DNA of 64,000 nucleotides from Lepidodermella squamata (lineage: Eukaryota > Animalia > Gastrotricha). Under the pieces are notes generated by a model. That model was not told the origin of the DNA, did not search any database, and worked only from the letters and a program-made list of their open reading frames with translations. Position numbers and translations under genes: made by a program. Below, in pieces: positions 22,351 to 36,500 of this stretch (position 1 is its first letter; each line of letters opens with the position of its first letter). The DNA is taken from contig JBLDXI010000034.1 of the NCBI GenBank assembly GCA_047495785.1, positions 1 to 64,000 on the forward strand, written 5' to 3'.

Positions 22351-25029
22351 ATGAAATTGCTAGTCCTGTTTTTGGCTGCCAGTAACGTGGTGCGATGTAG
22401 CGAATGGGCTCGTTGTTTCTCGCAATTCGATGACTCCTTCACAAATTGCCGCGAATTACCCAACGGGTGCTCCCTATTGCGTGAATATCAAGTGAGGCTC
22501 ACCGCCTGAAATAATTAAAAAAATTACTGTTTTATTTTACAGCTTGGGCCCACTATTACAGATCAAAAGTCTTGCATGAGAGCGGTGTGTGTTGACTAAT
22601 TTATTTGTAATTACTAGTATTACTAGTATAAACCTGATGTCTCTTCAACAGACCGCGAGATTGTGCTACACATTTGCCACTTACGCAGCGACATGTCGGC
22701 CAGGCACTCCTGGTTGCAGAAAAACAAGCGAAATAAAGGTTTGTTCAATATACACGATTTACTTTGAAATAATTGCCGAAAATGTCATAAACTTTTTCAC
22801 ATTTTCTAGGTCGGTGGCTCTTATAACGGAGTGTATCCATTCAGGGAGAATCTAGCGAGTTGTGTTCAAGACTACAAGTCTTTCTCGGTGGGTATTGCGA
22901 ATATAAACGATTGCAGCGATTGAGAATTACTTCTTTGACAGACTCGAAAATTCAGCGCATGTGTTGATGCAGCTCAAAAACTGGTCACCTGCGTGCCTAA
23001 CGGGTTTTCTTGTCCAAATGGGGTATTTAATTTTCATTTCATTCCTCTATCCTCTATCAAAATGTTCATCTATTCTCTATTCATCTATGAACTTCAGAAC
23101 AAATCTATTCCGGAGTACCCGAGTTTGGAGATCTGCCTTCGGAGTTTTAGCAGTGAGTTTCTTCCTCCAAATCAAACAATAAAATTTGACTAATCGGCAT
23201 TACTTGAAAAAAATCAAAAAATATTTGTTCTCATTGGTAACGTCCTCGAGAGACAAACAAATTTCAATGTTTCATTAAATGTATTGAAGCGAATTTTTTG
23301 TAACCTGACGACTTTTTTCCGAAATATGTTGTATTAGTTGAAGCTGCTGATTCTATCAAGCCACACATTCGCTGTTTCAACGCCGTCACGCGTGATTTCA
23401 CCGGTTGCAAATTAAGCTGCGGCGTCAACGAAACCAGTGAATTTTCAGCTGGAGTTTACCGCAACAAGGCTAACTGCTTATCATGGGTAGGTATGAGACA
23501 GCTTTTGAGCCACGAATTTTGCTGGGACGACGATCAGCGTTCAGAAGTTAGTTCCCACTGCGCTGAAATGGGCTGAAATCTGTTCGAGCATAGGGGGTTA
23601 CTGTAACCCACCTGAAGAGGTCCAGCAAGGAAACCAAAACAAAACTTGGTCAGAAAGATTCAGGGCTGGAAAAATATCTAAAATACCTCGAGCATCCTAA
23701 TTCATCCACTGTTAGATTGCGAGGTTTTTAACCTGACTTTGGAGAGGTTCACTGTAAAGTCGCACACATTCCCCAGCGAATGGTGTTGTCTGTGAATACT
23801 GATACTAATACTACCTATCCTGCAATCTGTAAATGAGCGAAAAAAACAGATATGAAGCCATTCGATTTTTTGATCTCTCCGATTTTTACAAATTTTCAAA
23901 AATTTCAGAATGCTGTCCGCTGTGATAAATCATCAAGCAAGAGTTGTTACAACATTTGCCCAACTGGTTCTACTGCGGTAAGCAGATAAATTGTAATAAT
24001 TATACCTATTTTCTTAATTATTTTTCAAATCAGGTGCAAATATATTCAAACTCGACAACATTTGCTGATAATTACGCGGCCTGCTTGAAGGACCTCGCCC
24101 CCGCCAAACCTAAAAAATCCTATTTCAAATCCTCGCTCGACAACAGCTGGTTCCGTGCGCAATTGGAAGCTTGTAAGAAGGACGGTGGCCGCTTGGCCAC
24201 TATTCTAACGGCTGATGAATTAGCTGCGGCGTCAGAGGTTACGGTTTTACCCTTCATCGGGCTCGTCGCTGATTTCACGTGGGATGACGATCAAAGCATC
24301 ATTCCAATCGACACGCCTTTATGGCATTACATGGGCCCAGCAGGTGCTGGCGATTGTAAGTGGAAGATTTTTCAAATCTAAAGTTGATATTGTTTGGGGA
24401 AAGGGAAGCAAAATCCTAACACCATCGATCACTTTCCAACAGATCGATGGTCGAATTATTTCACCTCTTTTTTGTTTACTTTTGCCTATTGAAACCTATT
24501 TTTCATGCCAAGGTGTGGTTTTAACTAATATCGGTTACACTGATGCGGACTGTTCTTCTCCGCTGTATGCACTCTGTGGTGGCGCTGTAAGTTTTGGCTC
24601 ACGACTTGGGCTAATCGCAAACTTTTCTTTAGACATTGGCAGACATGGAGATCTCAAATACAACAGGCGATAGGAATCAAATGGCCAAATATTGCCAAGA
24701 TCGGAATAAAACGCTCGCAATTCTGAAGAACCAAGCCGCTTACGACGCAGCTAAAGCGATAGTGAATCAGCCTGGTCTCGATGCCTTTATCGGGGCTACA
24801 CGCAGCAACCGCAGTGTTTACTCATGGATAACGGGACAGCCTTTCAACAACTCGGCTTTCGATTACTCAATTGATTTAGACGATGTCAACAAGCAATGTG
24901 AGACGAAACGAGTTCTGAGTTATTTTATTTGTTCGTTTCAATTATTATTTAGGCACAGTGCTTTATTCCGGTTCACTTCTGCAAGTATCATGCGGTAGCA
25001 CAGCTTCTGGCCTATGCGAACGTATTTAA
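22351..25029 (+). CDS. Gene B: secreted protein, five 4-Cys modules + two C-type lectin-like domains (paralog of gene A)
   Basis: MKLLVLFLAASNVVRCSEWARCFSQFDDSFTNC...; ACKKDGGRLAT..FIGLVADFTWDD; YCQDRNKTLAIL..AFIGATR..YSWITG; ends CERI*; same intron positions as gene A. No EPN/QPD motif seen. Confidence 0.82.
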
Positions 25030-25439
25030 AACTGCTGGAACTTTTCCAAATCCGCCTTTTGATTGAAACTGTTTTTTTCTTGAGCTCGAAACTAATTACG
25101 ATGTCTGTTTACGTTTTCCGTGATATTTTGCGAGATATTTTGCAATACTTATCAAGTAAATCGCTAGGGTGGCACATCATTCAGACGTATTTTTATCTTA
25201 TCAGACGTTTTATTGGCTCATTAACTTTGGCTCCAGTAGCATTTAGTCCTACACACATCCAGCACACAGCTGGATTCGCGTGAATTCATGTAAATCAGCG
25301 GCTGCCCACCTTTTTGCCATACATCATATTACCAATAGTATTGGACATCATACTAAAATGAATACACTTTGGTAGGGAATGGGTTCAATTTGTTTGAGCA
25401 ACAAGTTAATCGCTTGTTCCCGTTGTTTTTCGACAGCAG

Positions 25440-27213
25440 CATAGCTCGAACTTGAAAAAATCCTAGGCGAAATTTTAATTGCGAAAAGAAGAATACGCTG
25501 GAAAATTCAATGAAAGTTTAACTGTTAACAATCGAATTTTGTCGAACGAGCCAAAATCTATTGAAGAAAACTGGTCTACTACCAAGTCAAATCTTCTTGA
25601 CGCCGCTTGGGAAACCTGCGGTGAAAGGAAAGTTGGCACGGTCAGTGAAAAACCCCCGTGGTGGTCCCCATTAGCCAATGAAATCATTCAAAAGGCAAGG
25701 AAAATTTTAAAAATTATACCAAGGGCCGTATTTCAAGAGAGGAATTCACGCGAAATAGGAACCAGAAAAACCATGCTCTAGAGCGAGTGAAACTCTTGAA
25801 AGACCAGAACGAATTTGCCGAATTAGATAAACTTCTAGAAAATCCCTTTGACTACGATAACATCAAACAATTTTGGCATGAAATCAAACGAATCCGAGGC
25901 GAAGGAAGAAGTAAAGGTGAACCAGACCCACTCGAAAAATCGGATGGCTCGCTAACGGACAGTATTGACGAAATCTTGGAAGTGATGAAAAGTTATTTCA
26001 TGGAGCTCTTAGAGGGACTAGAGAACCAACCTCATGACCCCGGCCCCACCAGCCCCACAAAATTATCGAGGCATCAGTCTGCTTTCTGTTGTAGGTAAAC
26101 TTTATGCTGTTATCCTCGAAAGAAAACTAAGGTCTTTGATTGGATCAAAAATCTCCAATTTACAATTCGGATTTCAGCCCCTTAAAGGCACCCGTGATTG
26201 CATTTTTGTTCTTAGACGAATAATTGAACAAATTATTTTCTTTCGCAAAGAACTTCATCTTGTCTTCATACATGATCATTTCCAGGGACGATGCTGCAGT
26301 AAGAAATTATGAACTAGAGCTGCGCGGATCGAAACTGGAAAAGGTTTCCAAATTCAAATACTTAGGTAGCATTATAACCAGCGACGGTCGCATTGACGAA
26401 GAATTAAGTTATAGAATTTCAAAGGCTGGCAGCGTATTTGGTGCGATGAATAAATTCATGTGCAGTAGGAATCAGGGGTCATCACAAACCAAATTGAATG
26501 TACTCACTTGCGTCATCGTACCTACCATCATCAACGCCTACGAATCCTGGAATATTTCTTTAAGCCAGGAAAATAGGTTGAATGTTATAGAATATCGTTG
26601 GTTACGAGCGATTTTAGGTATAAACCTGATGGATTATATTCCTAACATTGACATTAGATTGGCATTGTGCGGAGGTCTGATCGAAGTCAGCCGCATCATT
26701 GAAAAACAGCGTTTAAGATATCTAGGACACATCATTAGATCTCGTGATTACGATGAGGACGGCTTTCTGAACTTGATTTATTCGTGGACACCTCCGTTCG
26801 GGTGGTTCGCACCGAGAGGCAGACCTCGAACTAGGTGGATAAACGGCATAAACAGAAGTCTACACAAGGTTGGCATTGTTAAGGAAGTTCGCCGGAAGAA
26901 AAGACAACCCAAAAACCAGAAAGGCAAAAAGCCAGCTAAAAATGAAAAATCCGGCGAAAAAGAAAATAAATTTGAAATTAAAATTATTCCTGATCTGCAA
27001 TTGACTGAATTACTATCTTTTGATAAAATCGAATGGCGCAACATTGTTGACTCAATGAATGATTATGAATTTTTTGGAAAAAGTAGAATCTTCAACTGTG
27101 GGGGTGGGTTATTTCCATCTTTCGCCTGCCTTCGCCCTCCTCAAAACCGTTTTTACGGTATAGATGCTTAATCGAGAGGAGGACTAAATAAAACCATTAT
27201 TATTATTATATTA
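25440..27213 (+). mobile_element. RTE-like LINE, internally deleted and frameshifted
   Basis: NYRGISLLSVVGKLYA, QFGF..KGTRDCIF, LEKVSKFKYLGSII, RLRYLGHIIR, RGRPRTRW; the QG/YADD core is missing; (TAT)n tail at ~27195-27213. Confidence 0.85.
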
Positions 27214-27916
27214 TGAAATTTAAAATATTCAGCGAAGAAATTTCTAGAATTCGACCCTTAAATACGACCTCTTTTAATTGAGACAATATCTCGGACCTCG
27301 AGCCCATGGCTTTTTCTAAGAAATTCATTTTGGAGTTTAGGTTCTTGAGTATTAAATATCAATTAATAACCTTGTTTTGCAGAATGTGTAACGTGTCCAA
27401 CTAACGAGAGATATTTGGCCAGTTTAAAAAGATTTTATCCACTACCCTCTCTTGATCAGAGGGTTTCATTTCACAATTTCAGAAATAGGCGACCCGCGAG
27501 CGAAGCTGCCTATAGCCTGTCTAATGCTCTGATCGGCTCAGCAATATTTCTTTGTTTCCCATTGCAAAAAATTCGTGCTCGTTCTCAATTCATGAAATAT
27601 TCAAAAACTTTACGGCGCAAGTCGTCACGAAATGGCCTCTCCAGGGAAAACTTGTCAGTCACAGGCACTTCACAGGCCTTGTACAGGCAATTGTAATCGT
27701 CGAACTAGAAGAACAATTTTTCCCTCGTGATCAATAAAACTTGACCAAATTATCACCGGAATAGGTTATTATTATAGTTTCATGGTTGGACATTCATGGA
27801 AGGGGCGTAGACAATAAATAGTTCAGGTGGAAATTATTCCGGCTTTGCGCCACTCAATTTTGCCAGTTGCACTCTAAAATACTGCAATGAATGCCGCAGT
27901 CATATTTGCTTTGCAG

Positions 27917-28962
27917 TAGAATTTTGATCATCCGGATTACAGCAATTTGCTATTTCGGCTTATAATTTAGGGTTAAACTTTTATAGAGTCGTCTTGTAAA
28001 AAAACGCAGACATTCTGATATGTCTTGGAAATTTATAGCTAACTTAGATGACGTTAGTGATCATCCGGATTAAAGTTAGTATTTCGGCTTACAATTCAAG
28101 GTTAAGATTCGCATGTGTATGACTTTTTGTCGCAAACGTCTGTTTGCAACCGACAACCGAAAATTCCCAAAAATGCTTGCATAGACTTGGAAACACACTA
28201 CGTCACCATTATTTTAACCCAGAAATTGTTAGACTAGATCAGGACGTCCAAAGAAATACCTGCCCACGTGTTTTTTCGGGTTTGCGGACAACCAAGTCAA
28301 AGCACATTTTTGCAAAAATACTCCCATCCCGCTAGTTTTAGTAATAATGTTCAACAGTCGTTCTAAAGTACTCAAAATTAGCTTTTCAACATGTTTTTCT
28401 TATGAAATTGTGCGTAATTGATAAAAAATTAATCACGGCCGCTTCATAGTGCGTTACTTGCTAAGTGAACTCCGCACTATAGTATTTTGGGGATAATAAC
28501 TATTTTGAACGGAGTGCATCCGATTTTCGATATCTTCAATAATTGTAAGATTCGCGCAATTAGAAACACAGTGACTTTCATCAGCATGCTATTAAATCAA
28601 AGAGACACAGAAACAAAAATCTCTAAATATACACATCGCAATATTTGTCCGCATGTTGACTTTCAAATCGATGTTCGACATGCAGAGGCGATACCCAAAA
28701 TATGAAAAAATGTCATCTTGAAAGAATAAAGATGACGCACATTTCACCCAACTTCCGAGTAACTCTGAACTCAGAGCATACCGTAGATAATCTGGCTGAT
28801 CAATATAATTATCCAGTATCCAGTCCAAGACAAAAATTCCCAAGATCTGAATGTCTGGGATTTTTTTACAAGATGCTTCTAGAAAATCGGAATCGTTACC
28901 TTAAATTATAAGCCGAAATAATAAATTGCGGGCTCGGATAATCCGGATGATCAAAATTTGCT
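27917..28962. mobile_element. Non-autonomous TIR element just upstream of the first channel gene
   Basis: ~55-bp inverted ends (TTTTGATCATCCGGATTA...TATTTCGGCTTATAATTTA), with a second internal copy at ~28058; no TSD found. Confidence 0.55.
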
Positions 28963-29075
28963 AAGAAAATGCGGAACCGGGGAACCGGGGACATTCATTC
29001 CAGCATTGGGATTGTCTTCGAATAAAAGTTCATACCATACACCTTTCACCTTTCTGATTCTTAGCATTTAGTATA

Positions 29076-30421
29076 ATGGTCGGGCGTTATCTTGTTGCTG
29101 GTCTCATTTTCCTTCTGTTAACTGCAATTAGCACGAATGGACAGGCGATGGATAGAAATGTAACTCGATTCAATATCATGGATGACGAAGATTTCAGTGT
29201 CAATATGAGTTACGTCAACATATTTCGTGATCGATTTTTCCATCTATGCCCCATCGCAAAATCGAACAACCTGCCTACAGAATGGCACTTGAGGTCTAAC
29301 AATTTTAGTGATCCAATCAAAAGCTTCCTCATGGCGTCGATCCTTCAAGTAAACAATGTCGACGATTTATCAATGAGGTTGCCACTTTGATGATGCTTAT
29401 GATGCTATTAATATATATATTTCTCCAAAAGCATGACAGTATCGATGATTTTCCGTATTTTTTGGATTATGCCGTGCGGTAAAGATATACGATCGGAATT
29501 GCTGTATGGCTACGAACATCTGCCTCAGGGCATTCTTGACCGAGTCCAGTTTGAAATCCCAGCTGATTCGGTGTGGTGGCCAGATATGCAGCATATAAAC
29601 GCAATTGGTGAATCAAGACCTATGAGAGAGTTTGTTTCATTTATAAATAAGATTGACTGATTTTCGCGATATTCTCCCTCTGTTCACCCAGCGAAAAGTT
29701 GATAAAAGTTCGCCCCTTTCGACTTGACGGGCCGCGATTTCTCATCTACTGCGTGCGACCTTTCATATCAGTATGCTTCAACTTCAGTTACACAAAATTT
29801 CCATTCGACTATGCAACTTGTACGTTCGAAATCGAAAACGAAAATGTTCTCAATGAAGTCGAGATTGCCATCGACAGCGTTGGCGTTCAGCCTGGGTATA
29901 AGCCGTTGCGAGACGATGACATATGGACCTACATCAGCTTCAACGGTACGTCATCAGACGCTGGCGGGTTTCATCACGTGACGCTCACACTCACCCTTAA
30001 GCGAAAATATCAGTACTACGTCGGGAATGTTTTCATCCCGACGACCACGCTTTTCCTCCTGCAAATCGTCGGCTTGATAATGGATCCGCACCACCCTGAT
30101 CGCCCGACGTTCTGTGTAACTGTGAATCTGTCAATGGCTGTTATTCTCACTCTGATTTTTGGCCTAATCCCTCGAACCGCGCAGGAGGTGTATCTTATCA
30201 ATATTGTTGTTGCTTTCATGGTCATATGTGCGGCTTTGACTGTGTACACTTTAACGGCTTGTTTTCTGGCAACTCTTAAGATTGCAAAGAAGCGAGTCTT
30301 TGCACGGGGGACGAATAATGGAATTAATTTCATTCGCTTGTGCGATCTTACCGCCGCTATTTTGGCGTTCACTGTTGGCGGTAGTATCTTTGTAGGATAC
30401 GGCGCTAAAATGCTGACATGA
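29076..30421 (+). CDS. Divergent Cys-loop ligand-gated ion channel subunit (exons 29076-29377, 29432-29629, 29692-30421)
   Basis: Signal peptide, VWWPD loop-A motif, CFNFSYTKFPFDYATC Cys-loop, LKRKYQYYVGNVFIP pre-M1, four TM helices, short M3-M4 loop; introns in phase. Confidence 0.9.
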
Positions 30422-31246
30422 AAAAGAATTTCCGATGCTGGCTATCGCAAAAAATACGCACGGAGTGCTCGTCTCATTGTTGTTGTCTTTGGTACATTTG
30501 ATTAGTAAACCCTGTGAAAAAATAAATGGTTCGAAGGTGTAGGAGATCAGTTAAGGACATTGGCTATGTTTTATGCATACTCAGGTACAGAGCTCCGATT
30601 TTTGCCCACTGGACCACGCTCAGTGGCAGACAAAAAAAAATGATTTATTAAAACCGTTCAGAAAAGGGGTATGGTTAATCGGCGTACACTTTTAAGACCT
30701 TATGAACCCAGCCAGCTGTAGAGATTTCTCGAGTTGAAAATTCGCAATTTTTGTGCTTTTATATCGAAAGTTTGCTCGCTGATATCCATTTTCCTTTAAT
30801 TTCCCATTATCCGTTCTCCTAAGCAAACAGTTCCCATTTTCATTAGACCCAATTTTCAATGATCTTGGATCTGGAATCTGTCCGGAAGGAAGTTAGAAAG
30901 AGACCTAAAATTCCTTCCTTCTTAGAGAAAAAACCAGCTTCGAGATGCTCATTTTTCGCGTTTTCAGAGGCGAATCGCCGAAAAATCGGCTCGCATTCTA
31001 ATTCTATTCGTTTGTTTCCCTGATTTTATAAAAGGCAATAGAACAGCATTGAAGACTTCAAGCTTTAAGCTTTGGGAAATAGCATCTGTGATTTTTCAAT
31101 CGCGTATTAACTAGTTTCGCGACTTTTGCGAACTTCGAACTATCTACAGCAGCTTATTACGAAAAAAAAACGAAAAAAATTAAAAAAAATTCCAAATTCG
31201 CGTACACCATGAAGTTGTAAAATTAAGTTGAATAAAACGACCTTTA

Positions 31247-31528
31247 ACAAGTGAAAAGTGGGGTTTTGCGTATTTTCTGTAGTGTAGGTAGGACGATTTC
31301 TATACATTTTCTTGATTTTTTTGAAGATTTTGAATTAAAAAAGAAATAAGACCCCTGGGTCCCATCCTTCTCCCATCCTTCTCAAAGACGCGAGATCCCA
31401 AAGTTACGCCGAATCGGCTTATCGATTTCGACTGACGTGCAAGCATTACTTTGATTCCATCAAAATCTTGGAACGGCTGCAAAATCTCACGATGTCAAAG
31501 ATTTCACCAAACCCCACTTTTCACTTGT
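31247..31528. mobile_element. MITE-like element
   Basis: 20-bp TIR ACAAGTGAAAAGTGGGGTTT / AAACCCCACTTTTCACTTGT; no TSD seen. Confidence 0.55.
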
Positions 31529-32710
31529 CAGCGATCAATGCTTTGTTGAAGATTAATCATTAAATTATACGGATTCAGTGCAATAAATTTTACTGCAGTC
31601 TATGATGATAAGAAATCTACTTAGTCTATAATGCACACAATTCTTCAACAAGTTGTGATTGTGGAAAGCGGAAAGCGTCTTGCCCGCGTGTATAGTGAAA
31701 GTTTTTTGAATAAACAAAATATAAAAAATTAGTTCGGACTAGGTAACACGACGTCGTTGGCGGTAAAATTGACAATAAAATGAAACAAGCCTAGAGGTTC
31801 CTTCTGCCGCGCTGCCAACGACATGGTAATAGTTGCTCTCCGACTTGAATGGTTGACTCGTTTCGATTCGTGAAATGGCGTCGTAATGGCATTTAATTTT
31901 TCGTTTCGATCGATAAGCGGCTTCAGAGTGTTGAACAATTTCAGTTTCTGGTTTAAAAGATTTAATCCTCAATACACAAAAAATTAGTAATAAGGGATTC
32001 TCTGAACATCGCGGTGGGTCGAGATAAGCTGAATATGGAATATTTCCATTCATTTATGTAGTCAGGCTGCCGCACTGATGTTGGGTTCCAAGCCAGCTGA
32101 TATCGGGAAAATCACTGATTTGTAAAATCGATAATTGGAATCGATATCGGCTCTATTGGGTGAAGTATAATTCGTAAGCTGTCCGCTCATAGCGCAAAAT
32201 ACGCGTAATATGAAGTTCTATCGGTTAGGCATAATAACAACAAATGTGAGATTCTAGTGAAGACTAGACACTAGAAAAACCATAATTAGGGGAAATCTGG
32301 TGCTGGAGTCTCAAATTTAGTGCTGGAAACCTAAATTGGCTCACCCGAAAAATTGCCAGGACATAAAAAAGTAATAATCAACTAATAATCCGGTGATATA
32401 GACAACTTTATATTCCAACCAACGATAAATAACCAATACTTATTATTAAGAAATATCACCTATACTGAAGTTAATTAATTCATATCTCTGTGTCTTAAAG
32501 GCAATGTTACTAAGAATTATGTAACGCAGACCACCAATAAATCGGTATCTCTCTCTCTCTCTCCAAATTTCAATTTTCAATAATTTGAACGAAAGCAATC
32601 ATTCGCTTGAAAAATAGTGTTAATAGATATGCTCATGCAATATCTATCGATAGAGCACTCGTAATTCATTTATTTCTGGATTCTCCACACTCGACATGGT
32701 CATCTCCACT

Positions 32711-33071
32711 CAGAGCTGCGCTGATTTGATTGATTTAGACCCTCTTTTACTTATTTCGATTTGAAATGATTGATTTAAGCGGGGAAGCACTTTGATTTTA
32801 TTCGATTTCATTTATTGACTGTTTTGATTTGATTTAGCTCGATTTACCTAGGAGAAGCATTCGAAAGACTTGATAATCTGAAACTAAAATCTCTACATCA
32901 ACTTGATGAGAAGTTGCTTTAGAGAGGAATGCTATTTACAATTCGGGCTAGCTCCGTGAAAACTTGATGTTTCGCGATTTATCGCGATTAATCGTTGTCG
33001 ATGATTTTATTTTTTTGATTTGAGCCCGTGTTTTGGGCTCTCAATCAAATCAAATCAAATTCGAGGCTTTG
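32711..33071. repeat. GATTT/AAATC-repeat element (probable MITE); related block at ~36857-37216
   Basis: GATTT arrays on the left switch to AAATC arrays on the right in both blocks. Confidence 0.5.
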
Positions 33072-33565
33072 AGAGATGGTTTCCAGATACCTCTAGTTTG
33101 AGATCTCAAGTTTCACTGAAGAGTGCTTCTGCTATGGTTATTTATTGTCGAAACATTTTTTACGCATCTAAGCGACTAGCTTTCAGTTTAAAAAACTGTC
33201 AGCATAAAAGATATCGTACTCAACGATCGATTTTTCATATAGCAGTGACAAGTCGGCTGATCGAGCAAAATGAGGCATGAATTTTACTTTCAAATGACTG
33301 AAACTCTAAAGTAGTTAATCGTTAGTCACCGACATAAAAGGCTGCACCGTGGGCGTGATCATTAGCAAACATTAGCCTAAAATATGAGGCCATGCGTCAC
33401 ACGTCAAAAGCCATTTTGAAACTGCGAATTAGACTCTTAGACAACAGCGCAACCACAAGGCAGCTTTCTCGAAAGGTTTTCTGCCGTCCGAGATTTTGCA
33501 ACATCTTCCAGCCTACACCAAGACTTCATCCTGCAAGGAAAGGCCTTGCAGAATCGTGTTCAGTG

Positions 33566-36500
33566 ATGAAGTGCCTCCTATTTTTGACCATCGCCTTCTT
33601 TTTAAAAGGTTCATAAGCATTATTTTCAATCATTTGCTATTAATAAATCTGTTCAGCTGGTGCACAGGTTGAACCGATTCCGGATAACGCGACGTTGGCC
33701 GTGCCTGATGGCTTCACTCTGATGTACCAACCTGCGTTGTCCTATGATTTGACCAACACAAGTGTGAGCCAGAATGGTACGTGGACCATGGGCGGCAACG
33801 CGGTCAAAAACACGAATGGATACCGGCTAACGACGACACTTGGCAGCTACGACGGCACAGTATTTTCCAACCAGGTAGGCGATTTTCTATCAAGTAATTC
33901 GTACAAGTATAAATTATGCTAAAAATCAGACTTTTGCAACTACGAGCGTCAACGTCTGGCGATTCGAGGTTGATATCACGTCGTACTTCAATGATTCGCC
34001 GAATTACTCCGGCTGGTTCTCTGTCGTTCTATCTCGAGTTCAGGAAGTTCTATGTAAGCCTACGATTGCTGATTGCCTCCGATTGCTGATTCGATTAGTT
34101 TAGATTTTCTTAGACTTAGAGCTTGACGTAGTTTAGCAGATTAGCTTTATATTGAAATTCTAATAATTCGCCCGCAAATTCACAAAACCGCTTGGATTCA
34201 TCGCACTGCTCTTAGCATACTAGACAGAAGGGATTTCATTCCCTTTAACCGAAAATAACATCTCTTGTCTCGTCTCCAATATCAGCACCCGGTGTTTGGG
34301 GCAATAATGGAAGAATTAGCGGATTCACTGGGGCGCTGTTTTTCGTTCAGCTGAACAGCACGGGAAAAATCTTCGCCGTCTATCAGCCTGGTCTGGATTC
34401 GACTCCAGTCGACTTCCCCGGCTCGCCCGTCGTCGCCACGTCGTCTGTCATGTGCGGCAGTTCGGCGCTTTTCACGTCGAGCCCTGAATCTTTCCGTTTT
34501 GTTGTCCAGTTCGTCAATGACTATGTATCGGTAAGAAATTACTTCACATACATATTCACGCGCTCGTCGAAGTTTTCCCCAAGTGCGCATTCTGATTGGT
34601 CTGTTGTGTAGTCGATAAATGCTTTGCTATTTTTCACATTTTTAAAGGGTTCAGCCCGGGCCTGACTTCACTGTTCTTCAGTATTGATTTTCTCTTCACG
34701 TTTACTTAGGCATCGATTGTTCGCCTGCCGGGCTACGGCGCTTCGCCACCCTCGAACTGCTTCCGCGACGTCAGTATGCCTGGACTCGGCACTATATTGT
34801 CCAGTGGAACGACGCCTGTTCACCTTCATGGTGGGTTTACCTAGCTATTCAATTAATAATTAATTCGGAAAGTCATTCATTGTGTTCTTTGAAGCAATGT
34901 ATGGCTATGCGGCCGGTGCTCTAGTGCATAAATTCTACCTCTGGACAGATGCGCCTCCTACTACAACTACGACAACGACGACAACGACGACAACAGCAAC
35001 AACAACAACAACTTCTACGACCACTTCTAGTACCACGACAACGCCTACAACAACTGCATCCTCAACCACCACCTCGTCACCATCTACAACTACCAGTTCG
35101 ACTACGACTGATAGTCCATCAACCACTACTGAAGTTACATCAACACCGTCTTCAACTTCAACGACGTCAAGCCAAACTCCGACCACCACATCGGCTAGTA
35201 CCTCTTACTCGTCATCTCAGTCATCATCAACCACATCGGCGGCCGCTACTACAACAGTTCTTAGTTCTTCAACATCCAGTAGTTTCCCTTCGACTTCAAC
35301 AACCGAATCTGCTACAGTTTCCTCAGCCTCGTCGAGTCTTCACCCCACAACTATCATTATGTCAGATTCATCCTCTCCCTCAACTCCCTTGCCGTCAACA
35401 GTGCGAAGCTTTGCGAATTCAACCATCGGCGTTTCGCCTTCGACTCTTCCCCAGCAGACTAGCATTAACGAGGTCGACCCGATCACAAAGTTCCCGATTC
35501 CTGTCCTAATCGACGGCAAATTAACCCCGGCCATTTCGTGGCAGGACCTCGCCCAGTGCCCATTCGTCACGCCCGCAGTTCGAGCCCCAGCGCCCGGCTC
35601 CCGTGTCTACGTCACCTTCGCCATCGAACGCCTCATTAGCGTGGAGGCGATGGCGCAGGATATGTCACTGTACGCCTCGCTCTACATCCAATGGCCGGTT
35701 TACTACTGCGCCGAGGACTACACGGCTCCTAAGGTTGACGATACGGAACGCATAGTCATCGCGAAGGAGGACCAGGTGTGGAGGCCAACGTTGCTATTCG
35801 CTAATTCAACCGACGATTTCTACATGACAACGGCTACTTACGGAGAGAAACTACAGGTGAGCAAGCCTCAAATTTCAGAGAAACCATGAAAATCCTTGCT
35901 TTAGATTGTGTACTATCCGACGAGGCCGAATCGTACTCTGTTCTTCCACTGGAATAAGCTAGGCGCGTTCAACGCTCGTTGCCCATTGAACCTGCGCAAA
36001 TTCCCATTCGACACGCAGACGTGCGACTTCACATTCATACTCGATGAATCGCCCGCCTACGTCGCATTTGCGGGCGTCTACTTTTCGGGTCAGAATGCTG
36101 TCTCGAATGACGTGTGGGCTTTTTCAAGGGCGACGAGTAGTTACGGAACCGTGCAATCGGCAACACGGCGCAACAGCTCGGCTTCTTACGCCCGCTTCAC
36201 AATAGTGTTCAGTCGCATCCCTACGCATTATCTCGTCAACTTGCTCGTCCCTTGCTACTTGCTAATCTCGCTCACGTTTTCCTCCTTCGCCATGCAGCCT
36301 CACGTGCCGGACAGGTGGATTTTTCCACTCTAGTTATTGTTATTGTTTTAAATAAGAAACTTGTGTTTAAAGGCCAACGTTTAGTGGTACAGTGATGCTT
36401 GCTCTAATTGTTGCGCAATCTCAGGCGCTTGATAAGGCCCCCGAGTCGAGCCAGCAAATGCTCTACGCCGACTATGTGCTGATGCTGACAGCGCTGACAG

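Noticed and set aside
34935-35509. Poly-Val (minus) and poly-Gln/Arg (plus) ORFs
   Set aside because: Shadow frames of the ACN-rich Thr/Ser stalk exon.
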